Below, piece after piece: positions 11,031 through 20,510 of a stretch of 64,000 nucleotides of DNA; position 1 is the stretch's first letter; each line of letters opens with the position of its first letter. Made by a program: the position numbers and the translations under genes. The notes beneath the pieces are model-generated. The model worked only from the letters and a program-made list of their open reading frames with translations, was not told the origin of the DNA and searched no databases. Source of the DNA: Azolla caroliniana (Eukaryota; Plantae; Polypodiophyta); NCBI GenBank assembly GCA_043228905.1, contig JBHGNT010000009.1, forward strand, positions 6,014,001 to 6,078,000. The letters run 5' to 3'.

Positions 11031-13262
11031 GGGAAAACCGGATGTATCTGAAGCTGCGGAGGGAGATCCAGGCGGAAGGTGACATCATTAATCTTCCACG
11101 TAATACGGAAAGGACCGAGTCGTCGATAATCCAACTTGTCGCACGGTCGAGTAGTCTTGATGTGACGACGTAAGAGCCATACTCGATCTCCGATGGCAAA
11201 AGAGGAGGGAATCCGATGACGATCCGCATAAGTCTTCTGTGTGTGTTGAGCATGACGAAGGTGAGTAGAGAGATCCATTTGGATCTTGCGTAGCCTCTCC
11301 AAATGGTCCTCGGCACGAGGGTTGGTAGGTAGCTCCGGAGTGTCGATCACCGACCAGCGAGGATGGAAACCGGTATAAGCGAGAAATGGGGAGACCCGAG
11401 TCGAGGAGTGAATAGCATTATTATACGCAAACTCCACAAAGTGGAGAATCTCGGCCCAATCGTCCTGTTGATAACTCAGGAAACACCGGAGATATTGCTC
11501 CAACGTTTGGTTTGTTCGTTCCGCCTGTCCGTCAGTTTGAGGATGGTAGCCGGAGGAGAGGTTGCAGGAGACCTTGAGCATCCTAAAGAGATGCTGCCAA
11601 AATTTGGAGACAAATTGCGGGCCTCGGTCACTGATAATACTGTCTGGTAGGCCATGATGCCGAAATACCTCACGCATAACAAGAGCGGCGGTTTCCTCGC
11701 TAGTGATGGCTTTAGTACATGGCACAAAATGTGCCATCTTCGTATATCGATCGACGACGGTTAGGATAGCATCGAACCCCTTCGAGACCGGCAGATCTGT
11801 AATAAAATCAAGACAAATAGACTGCCATGGCTTACTTGGAATTGGTAAAGGTTCCAACAAGCCATATGGATGGTGTCGTGGCATCTTTGCTTGGCAGCAA
11901 GCATCACAGGTCCGAACGTAGTCGTCGACAAAACGGCGCATGTGGGGCCACCAAAAAGATCGCTGCACTAACTCCAACGTCTTGGTACTACCGAAATGTC
12001 CCGCCGTATGGGTGTCGTGACAATGTTGGACGATTTGAAGGCGACAGGAGCAATCGGGGACATATACGCGCTTTTTAAAGAATAACAAACCATCATGATA
12101 TTCGAATTGTCGGTAGTCAATACCTGGTTGTTGAGACTGAGAACAGGATGCCCGAGAAGTATCAATGTGCGCCAGGATGTCTTGAGCAAAACTATCCGTC
12201 TTCAAGGTTGCACGTATGTCATCGGTAATCCGTGAATCCATCGGGGTGTGAAAAATCCGCGTCGTGTGCAGTCGTGTTGGTCCCAAGATTACTTGCTTTT
12301 GATTATCAAATGTTGCGTCACCAGGACGAGGTGCAAGATATGAACGCCGTGATAGTGCATCTGCTTTTCCTTGCTGCTTCCCCGGTCGATATGTGATTTT
12401 GAAGTTGAAATGCATGAGGAATTGCGCCCACCGAGCTTGCCGTCGATTTAGTACGCGAGCGTTCTGAAAATAAGCAAGATTTTTATGATCGCTAAAGACA
12501 ATGACCTGATGTGGAGAGCCCTCTAAGAAATGCCGCCATTGTACAAATGAATCCACGATGGCTAATAACTCCTTGTCATGTATTTCGTAGTTGATTTCTG
12601 CGACATTGAATTTGCGCGAATGGAAAGCCACCGGATGCAACTCTTCTTTATCGCCTTGTTGAGAAAGGATGCTACCGAGGGCGAAATATGATGCGTCGGC
12701 CTCCATGATGAATGGTTTGCTTGTATCCACATGAGCTAGAATCGGTGCTGATGTAAAGGCTTTCTTAAGATGCCGAAAAGCCATATCTGCTTCGATGGAC
12801 CAAAGAAATGCTTGGCCCTTCTTCGTAAGTTGTGTGAGAGGTAAAATAATCTTCGAGTAATCCTGTATAAACTTACGGTAGAAGTTAGCAAAGCCTAGAA
12901 AACATTGTACATCTCGTACCGACCGTGGAATTTGCCACTCTAGTACAGTTTGGATTTTAGCTGGATCCATGGCGATGCCCTTTGAGGAGATGACGTAGCC
13001 TAGAAATTCCACTTGCTTGCAGTCAAAGCTACATTTCTCTAGCTTGGCATAAAGACCATTCTCGCGGAGTCGCTTTAGTACTAATAGTACATGAGAATCG
13101 TGCTCTTCCTGGGTCTTCGAATAAATCAACAGATCATCCAGATAAATGATCAAACAGATATCCAAGAGGTCTCTGAATATATCATTTGCCATGTGTTGGA
13201 AGACTGCGGGTGCATTGGTTAGGCCAAACGGCATAACAGTATACTCGAAATGCCCATACCGC
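11024..13262 (-). pseudogene. pol: Element B pol, 3' part (RT, RNase H, integrase, GPY/F)
   Basis: YGHFEYTVMPFGLTNAP, YLDD, EADAS, HDKELLAI, HHCC zinc finger, DFIT..SDRGPQF..ER, LGPF. Confidence 0.95.
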
Positions 13263-14041
13263 TGTCGTGCCTTTCGGCTCCGGATCGTTGCGTGAGTCGG
13301 GTGGGAACCACAGAGGTCTTGGACTAGGAGAAAGAAGTTCGTGAGATAGAGATTAATTATGAGTAAATAGCAAAGAGAAAGATAAGAAACTCGTGAATCA
13401 CACGAGTATACTATATTAATTGGTACTTAGGGTGTTAAGAGAGAAGTAGATGTATAAATCGTGAATCCCACGAATAATTTTTGTATTGATTAATTCTTAA
13501 TCCAAATAATCAACAACCCTTTACATATTTCTCTCCTCCTTATATAAGGAAGGAAGAGCTAAGCATGGCTTCATGCTTTTTTTTTTATTACAAAAGTGTT
13601 CATGTCCACTAAATGTGCATGTGATGCTTTTTTATTTCCTAAGTATAGGGCTCATGCACGCTAGATGTGCATGAGTTATTTTTAGTGTCTCGTGTTTTTC
13701 ATATATTAAAAAAATACACGATTTACCTTTTAATAAAGGTATGCATAAATAAAGGTCTTATATGTATTAAATCTATATTTAAAACACTTAAGATAAGTTA
13801 ATGTAATGGTAAGGTTGGGGTTTGTCAACGTGGGGCGTAGAGTTCGAATCACGCCCTGCGCAGTAGTGAGTATTTCCTTTCTTTTTACATTTATGTCTCT
13901 TTATCCGGCTCTTCCTTGCCGGTATGCCGTTTTCCTCCTTGCCGGTATGCCGTTTTCTTCCGGTTCTCACCGAGCACTCCATTCTCTATCCGGAGGGACA
14001 AAAATATAATTTCCACATAGTGTGCAACCTACACTACGACA
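13263..14041 (-). repeat. Element C 3' LTR (779 bp)
   Basis: TG...CA repeat of 19709-20510. Confidence 0.95.
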
Positions 14042-17000
14042 CTCGCCCCCTCCAAACCCGCACATCCTCCGGTATGTGCCGAAGTTCTTGATTCTTCGTA
14101 TCCGTCTTCATCCGAAGCTTCCTCCGATTCTCCCCTTATGTCGACTATGAGTTGTAATCCACTTTCTTCGCTTCCCGCATCATTGTGGTCTTCGTCCGAT
14201 TGCTCCTCGTTGTCGGCCTCGACTTGGATCACATAAGGTTTGTCGTCGGTCCGCTTCTTGAAAATCTTCACCCGCTTCCCGGCTATAGGCACTCGTAGTA
14301 TTGTTCCATCCAACTTGGACAGTCGGTACGTCCCGTTGTCGAAGACTTTCCGAACCTCATACGGCCCGAACCACCTTTTCGCGAATTTCCGCATCGTTGT
14401 ATGTTGATGGTCCAAGCTACTATCATAGACGATCACCCAATCTCCTTCTTCAATCCTCCTCGGTCGTAGTCGGTGCTTTGTGTCGAACCGGCTTTTGTTC
14501 CGGAACCGTGCTTCTTGTTGTCGGCGTGACGCTTCCGCTACATCTTTCGGTCTTCCCTCCAGTTGTCGTATCCGGACCGCTAGTAGTTCTTCCCGGCTCA
14601 TCTCTTCCTTCCACGGTAGTATTGTCCATGTCGCGATTGCGGTTTCCGTTGGCATTACCGGTGCTTGTCCGGTCATGAGTTCTGCCGGCATGTAACCGGT
14701 CACGGAGCTATGCGTCGTCCGATCCGCCCATAGTGCATACGGAAGCATTTGTGGCCAATCCTTCACCCTTCCGTCGCATGCCTTCGCAAGTGCTTTCACG
14801 ATCGGACTATGTCCTCGTTCGATCTTCCCGTTGGCCTCCGGATTGTAGGCCGTTGTCAACGTTAACCGAACTCCATGTTTGGCGAAGAATCCCCTAGCTT
14901 TGTCCGAGTCGAGTTCTCCCCGGTCCGCAATCACTTGTCCTACGCAGCCGTACTTACAAAACACTTCTTCCAAAAGAAATTGGCACACCGCGGCACACGT
15001 TTTCCTCCGAAGCGCTCGACCTTCAACTTGGTTTGTGAGATCTTCTCGAGCTAACACCAAGTATTTCTTTTGTCCAATCCCGGTCGGCATAGCTACAATG
15101 TCGACCATCCACTTGAAGTTGATTGTCGGTGAGAATGTCGGATGCAGCTCATCTCGGTGTCGAACCCCGGAGTAGACTTGACATTTCTCGCAGCTTTCTG
15201 TGAACTCCGCGACATCTTTATACATGTTCTTCCACCAATATCTTTGCTTGATTTTCACAAAAGTTGCCCATGTTCTTCGATGTCCAGCCCAATCGGATTC
15301 GTGGAACTCGGACATTATCCGGTTTCGTTGCTCTTTCGTCCCGACTACTCGAAGTGGTATCCCATCCGGTCTTTTCGGCGTCCTCCATATTAAACCGTTT
15401 TCCAAGAAGAACTTTTGGACTTGCCTCTTCTTCCTTCGGATCTCGGCTCTCCTTTCTTTATCATTGGTTGAATCCTCGACCTCTTGTAGCATCTTCCCGA
15501 TCATCAAGGTTTCCCCCTCGTATTCTTCTTCCCGGAATTCTCGGATCACGTTCACTCGGCATATGTGTTCTGACGTGAAGTAGTCTTCGGAAACTTCTTC
15601 ATTATCTGATTCGGTTATGTCGTCTTCAAACCGCGCCCTCGATAACATGTCCGCTACCGCGTTGTCCTTCCCCGAGATGTGTCGAACCTCCGGATTAAGT
15701 GACTTGACATATGCAATCCACCTTAGCATAGCCACATCCGGTATCGTACAACACCGCATCATCCCGAGTATCGGAAGACAATCCGTCTCGATCACCACTT
15801 CAGCTCCGATCAAATAATCTCGATCCGATTTTATCGCCGACACGACTCCCCACAATTCTCTTTTGACTTGTGCATATCCGCGTTGCCTTTCGTTGAGGAC
15901 CTTTGCTCCAAATCGGATCGGATACCGCGAACCATCCGAGTCGGCTTGATTGATGACCCACCCGATACCGGTTGGACTTGTATCAACCGTTACTATGATT
16001 GGCCGCTCGTAGCTTGGCTTCTTAAGTGATTCCGCCCTCCATAGTGTCTTCTTGAGCTTCCTCATGGCTTTAGTGTGTTCCGGTTTCCACTCGAATTTCT
16101 TACCTTTCCGCAACAAGTGATAGAGCGGGTCCGCTATATGTGCATAGTGCGGAATCCATATGTGATAGAATGCACACGCACCCAGAAACCTTCGGACTTC
16201 CGATGTTGACTCGCATACTTCCTTCATAGCTTGAATCGCATCGATCTTTGTTGGTGACGGTCTTCGGCCGTAGGGTCCACATAGATGTCCGACCACCAAT
16301 ATTTCTTCTTGCCCGAATGCCGATTTCTCCCCGGAAAGTGTTAGGTGCACATCTTCTAGCTTATGCAACACTTTCTCGCAATCATGAATATGGTCGACCA
16401 CGAACTTTCGGCATCCCCGATCATCCATAGTCTCATCTTTTTCTTCCACCGCGCATCCTTTCATCGGAATGTCATCTAGAAACGGCATCGTTATCTCCGG
16501 GATGCAATCTCGAAGCACCTTGTTCATCGCGTTCATCATATGTGCAACCGAGTTTGTCGCTCCTTGTGGTAGTGTGCACATTCGAACTAGTCCTATCGGT
16601 GTCCGCATGGTAGTGATGTCTCGGCTCTCCACGGCTAGTTGGAATTGGTCATACCCCGAGTATAGGTCCCCGATGGAGTATATCGCACGTCCGGCAAAAG
16701 CTTCCGCGAATTCGTCCACTATCGGACCGACTCCCGAGTTCCGGATCGTGACCTTGTTCACCGGTTGCAAGTCTTGGATGAATCGGAGTGACCCATTCTT
16801 CTTCGGAACCGTAAACCATCGATTTGAGTACGGAGCACTTGATGGCTCTAGAATCCCCATCGCCACCTTCTCCTTGAGCAAGTCGATGACTTTCGGAATA
16901 TGCGCCCGTGGCACCGGAATCGGCTTCAGGTTCCACGGTACATGATCAATCGTGAAAATCACCATCGGCTCCACTATCTTTGGATCAATGCATCCGATCT

Positions 17001-17640
17001 CCCTTGATGTGAACGCGAATGCTTTGCCATGTTGCTCCAACATCTCTCGAAACCGTTTTTCTTCTTCTTGTAAGAGGAACCCACCTCCACCGATCCGAAG
17101 TTTCTTTCGGGTCTCATCTATGAAGGCATGTCCGATATCCACGGACTTCCGAAGTGTCGGATCTCCCGAGACTTCTTTCTTCTTTTGTTCGCTATCGGCG
17201 GGTAGTGGTCCCGCGGCCGGTTTCACCTTCTTCTCCACGGTCTTGTATTTCGTACCTACCATTGCTTCTTCTTTGCGGAGCGCATCCGGCCCCATTTTCG
17301 CAACGATCTCGTACATCTCGACCGATTCCACCGGGACTACCCGGTTCCCTTGGCTTTTATCTTCCGCAAGCTCTTCAAGCCGTTGTAGTGTATTCCCATA
17401 GAACACTTCCTCGATCACTCCCACGATTTCTTCGTCTTCTTTTATTATTGATGCCGACCGTAACTTATCCTCCACTTGTCGGTATTGTTTCTTCATTCCT
17501 CCGGTTACGGCCGTGTACGTAGATGCCCCATCCGGGCCGATTCGTACTTGTTTTGCTCCGAGAGTTTTCTTCCTGTGTGGGGTATCAGGGCTTCTCGGAC
17601 TATCACTTCCCCACTCCGCAACAGTCCGCTTTAAAAATCC
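14029..17640 (-). CDS. pol: Element C pol (RT-RNase H-integrase), probably entered by a -1 frameshift at the end of gag-PR
   Basis: 1155-aa ORF from the ATG at 17496, with the frame open back through 17640. RFIQDLQPVN, DLYSGY, LPQG, FLDD, VDTS, HHCC, DRGEL..NGKIE, GPY. Confidence 0.93.
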   Translation of the reverse strand, partial: GFLKRTVAEWGSDSPRSPDTPHRKKTLGAKQVRIGPDGASTYTAVTGGMKKQYRQVEDKLRSASIIKEDEEIVGVIEEVFYGNTLQRLEELAEDKSQGNRVVPVESVEMYEIVAKMGPDALRKEEAMVGTKYKTVEKKVKPAAGPLPADSEQKKKEVSGDPTLRKSVDIGHAFIDETRKKLRIGGGGFLLQEEEKRFREMLEQHGKAFAFTSREIGCIDPKIVEPMVIFTIDHVPWNLKPIPVPRAHIPKVIDLLKEKVAMGILEPSSAPYSNRWFTVPKKNGSLRFIQDLQPVNKVTIRNSGVGPIVDEFAEAFAGRAIYSIGDLYSGYDQFQLAVESRDITTMRTPIGLVRMCTLPQGATNSVAHMMNAMNKVLRDCIPEITMPFLDDIPMKGCAVEEKDETMDDRGCRKFVVDHIHDCEKVLHKLEDVHLTLSGEKSAFGQEEILVVGHLCGPYGRRPSPTKIDAIQAMKEVCESTSEVRRFLGACAFYHIWIPHYAHIADPLYHLLRKGKKFEWKPEHTKAMRKLKKTLWRAESLKKPSYERPIIVTVDTSPTGIGWVINQADSDGSRYPIRFGAKVLNERQRGYAQVKRELWGVVSAIKSDRDYLIGAEVVIETDCLPILGMMRCCTIPDVAMLRWIAYVKSLNPEVRHISGKDNAVADMLSRARFEDDITESDNEEVSEDYFTSEHICRVNVIREFREEEYEGETLMIGKMLQEVEDSTNDKERRAEIRRKKRQVQKFFLENGLIWRTPKRPDGIPLRVVGTKEQRNRIMSEFHESDWAGHRRTWATFVKIKQRYWWKNMYKDVAEFTESCEKCQVYSGVRHRDELHPTFSPTINFKWMVDIVAMPTGIGQKKYLVLAREDLTNQVEGRALRRKTCAAVCQFLLEEVFCKYGCVGQVIADRGELDSDKARGFFAKHGVRLTLTTAYNPEANGKIERGHSPIVKALAKACDGRVKDWPQMLPYALWADRTTHSSVTGYMPAELMTGQAPVMPTETAIATWTILPWKEEMSREELLAVRIRQLEGRPKDVAEASRRQQEARFRNKSRFDTKHRLRPRRIEEGDWVIVYDSSLDHQHTTMRKFAKRWFGPYEVRKVFDNGTYRLSKLDGTILRVPIAGKRVKIFKKRTDDKPYVIQVEADNEEQSDEDHNDAGSEESGLQLIVDIRGESEEASDEDGYEESRTSAHTGGCAGLEGASVVV

Positions 17641-19757
17641 ATTCTCACTTGGGACAAGAGTTCCCTCTTGTTCCTTTCGTGATTTGCAGGCACCGTTAGG
17701 AATTGGACGGATTTCCCTCCGTTTTGGCTCCGAATTCGCGCAAAAGCCGCACCACTATCGAGCACCTTCGTCTCCATCCGTGAAGCCGTGATAAAGGGTT
17801 GGCCGAGGATGACAGAATGTGAAACCTCATCCTGCACAAAGAAATTTTGGTCAATTTCGACATCCCCGATCTTTACCGTCACATCCGAACAATCCGCAAA
17901 TAGGTCTTCTGTCGTTTTCGTGGCTGCCCGAATCTTCCATCCATGGTTGGTGTTTATAGGCCACTTCCCCTTTCGGTAGAACTCCTTGGACATCAAGTTG
18001 ATCTCCGATCCGTGATCAATCAATGCTAGCACGGGTTCTTTGATGTTGCCGATTCGGACCGGAGTCTCCGTAGTCGCACGTGCCCAGTGTGGCCTTGTAT
18101 AGTGGGAGTTCGGAATTTCGCCTTCCACTTCGGTGTCGTTCATTGAAACGGTATTTGCATTCACCCTTGGAGCATTTTCCTCCGTACTTTGTCTCTTCCT
18201 TTTCACAAGATCCACGAGAAGATCGTGAAACTCCTTCTTCGCTATTCCGAGTAGTTCCCGCAGCGAAAAATCTACCCGGCTATCCAAGATTCTTTCCTCG
18301 AACACTCTTTTCAAGTCGGTTTGTTGTTCTATGTCCGAGGCGAGCTTGAATGCCGGAGTCGCCTTTTCTTTTCCTTTACCTCCGGAGTTCCAGCTTTCCG
18401 GTATCTTCGATGGTCCGGCCGCATCCTCCGTGCGCCGTCGTTTCTCGTCCACATACACCTCATGTAATTGACACAGGGCGTATATGCTATTCTTGTCGAC
18501 AGGGCACTCCCATCCCGTAGCTTCCCGGACGCCTTCCACGGTGTTTCGGATATCGTTGGAGTCGGTTTTCTCGGTGTTTCCTAGCACCTCCGGCCAGAAA
18601 GACGCCTTCGCTCCCGATGACTCCCCGACACATATTCCCGCGGTTGTCGCATAGTTGCTTCTTGCCGCTAACTCCTCCTCGAGCACCTTCTTCATGCCGC
18701 CTTTCCGGAAGTTCGGTCGGAGTGGCTTCCGAGAGTCCATCGAATGAATCCGGTTTCCCTCGTAGTAGATGAGATCCCGTCGTAGCACCTCCTTATGGTC
18801 GTCGCAATCCCTCCGATCGTGTTCGGCGCTATCGCACCATATGCACCGTCGATCCGTATATTTGGAGCTTGTGGGGCGGTCATCCGACTTCTTCACCATC
18901 GCGATCTTTAGATTCTCCATCTCCTTCAGCAGCTGCTCCACCGTAGACGCGTCGACTCCCTTCTCGGCCGTAATCTCCCGAGCCCTCGGTTGATGGTCTT
19001 CCAGTCCCGTTCTCGGTTTCGGAATCGGTTCCGAAACCCTCTTTTCTTCGTTGGCAAGCCATTGCCCCCTCTTCGTGTACCGCGCGACGATATCCCGCAC
19101 GCTTTCCCATGTTTCGGTGAGGCCGCTTTCGGTGGTCGTGTCCTCAAGAAGCACTCCGAGATCTTTCCGGTCCCGGACGTCCACAGCTCGCAAAAACATG
19201 ATGACTTTGTCCGGTGCAAGAATAGTTTGATCTCTCGTGGACAACCTCCCGAACCGACTTTCGAATGTCGAAAACACTTCGAGGACCTTCAGCCCCTTAC
19301 CTGACGTTTCCACCCAATCCTCGAATCCCCTCCGCGTTGCCTTGGAGGAGTCCTCGATGGCAAACGTGGTCTTTAACGCCTCTTCGAATGCTTCCCACGT
19401 CGGATTTTGTTGTTGCAACCCGTGGATACTCCCTTGAAGCCCGTCGGTCGCCACCCGGTTAAAGGATGTCACTTGCAGTCCTTCCGAAGCCCAGCACCGG
19501 AGCATCTCCGCCTTGTAGTCCTGCAAATATCGCGACACATCCTTACCATTAAATTGCCCGTTGCGTTGCACGAGCCGCTCTACTGATGCCGAAATCTCCG
19601 ACATCGTGCGTTGTTCTTGAAGCATCCGTTCGAACATCGCCATCATATTGTTAGCTTGTTGAGCCTCCATCTCCTTGCCACCCGTTTTCACGTCGGGTTC
19701 ACCAACTGTGTCGTGCCTTTCGGCTCCGGATCGTTGCGTGAGTCGGGTGGGAACCAC
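17631..19757 (-). CDS. gag: Element C Gag-protease polyprotein; true start probably at or near ATG 19670
   Basis: 708-aa ORF with knuckle CIWCDSAEHDRRDC and retropepsin ALIDHGSEINLM...VILGQPF. Confidence 0.9.
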   Translation of the reverse strand: MVPTRLTQRSGAERHDTVGEPDVKTGGKEMEAQQANNMMAMFERMLQEQRTMSEISASVERLVQRNGQFNGKDVSRYLQDYKAEMLRCWASEGLQVTSFNRVATDGLQGSIHGLQQQNPTWEAFEEALKTTFAIEDSSKATRRGFEDWVETSGKGLKVLEVFSTFESRFGRLSTRDQTILAPDKVIMFLRAVDVRDRKDLGVLLEDTTTESGLTETWESVRDIVARYTKRGQWLANEEKRVSEPIPKPRTGLEDHQPRAREITAEKGVDASTVEQLLKEMENLKIAMVKKSDDRPTSSKYTDRRCIWCDSAEHDRRDCDDHKEVLRRDLIYYEGNRIHSMDSRKPLRPNFRKGGMKKVLEEELAARSNYATTAGICVGESSGAKASFWPEVLGNTEKTDSNDIRNTVEGVREATGWECPVDKNSIYALCQLHEVYVDEKRRRTEDAAGPSKIPESWNSGGKGKEKATPAFKLASDIEQQTDLKRVFEERILDSRVDFSLRELLGIAKKEFHDLLVDLVKRKRQSTEENAPRVNANTVSMNDTEVEGEIPNSHYTRPHWARATTETPVRIGNIKEPVLALIDHGSEINLMSKEFYRKGKWPINTNHGWKIRAATKTTEDLFADCSDVTVKIGDVEIDQNFFVQDEVSHSVILGQPFITASRMETKVLDSGAAFARIRSQNGGKSVQFLTVPANHERNKRELLSQVRMDF
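19688..19704 (-). promoter_or_regulatory. Primer-binding site of C, complementary to tRNA-Trp
   Basis: TGGTGAACCCGACGTGA, 4 nt after the 5' LTR. Complementary to the plant cytosolic tRNA-Trp 3' end as recalled (..TCACGTCGGGTTCACCA). Confidence 0.85.
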
Positions 19758-20510
19758 AGAGGTCTTGGACTAGGAGAAAGAAGTTCGTGAGATAGAGATT
19801 AATTATGAGTAAATAGCAAAGAGAAAGATAAGAAACTCGTGAATCACACGAGTATACTATATTAATTGGTACTTAGGGTGTTAAGAGAGAAGTAGATGTA
19901 TAAATCGTGAATCCCACGAATAATTTTTGTATTGATTAATTCTTAATCCAAATAATCAACAACCCTTTACATATTTCTCTCCTCCTTATATAAGGAAGGA
20001 AGAGCTAAGCATGGCTTCATGCTTTTTTTTTTATTACAAAAGTGTTCATGTCCACTAAATGTGCATGTGATGCTTTTTTATTTCCTAAGTATAGGGCTCA
20101 TGCACGCTAGATGTGCATGAGTTATTTTTAGTGTCTCGTGTTTTTCATATATTAAAAAAATACACGATTTACCTTTTAATAAAGGTATGCATAAATAAAG
20201 GTCTTATATGTATTAAATCTATATTTAAAACACTTAAGATAAGTTAATGTAATGGTAAGGTTGGGGTTTGTCAACGTGGGGCGTAGAGTTCGAATCACGC
20301 CCTGCGCAGTAGTGAGTATTTCCTTTCTTTTTACATTTATGTCTCTTTATCCGGCTCTTCCTTGCCGGTATGCCGTTTTCCTCCTTGCCGGTATGCCGTT
20401 TTCCTCCTTGCCGGTATGCCGTTTTCTTCCGGTTCTCACCGAGCACTCCATTCTCTATCCGGAGGGACAAAAATATAATTTCCACATAGTGTGCAACCTA
20501 CACTACGGCA
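19709..20510 (-). repeat. Element C 5' LTR (802 bp)
   Basis: Repeat of 13263-14041, with three copies of the 23-bp unit instead of two. Confidence 0.95.

Larger units (their letters stand above)
13263..20510 (-). mobile_element. Element C: young, apparently intact non-chromovirus Ty3/gypsy, 4-bp TSD CCGC
   Basis: LTRs at 13263-14041 and 19709-20510 differ by one extra 23-bp unit and one substitution seen. PPT at 14042-14053. tRNA-Trp PBS. Removing C and one CCGC restores AFRTRYGH in the B RT. Confidence 0.95.

Noticed and set aside
14301-19462. Many antisense ORFs over C (and likewise over F)
   Set aside because: These are shadow ORFs of GC-rich coding sequence with no recognisable motifs.
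20436-20510. C-terminal tail of the 372-aa ORF as part of B pol
   Set aside because: It is read-through into the C LTR after the insertion point.
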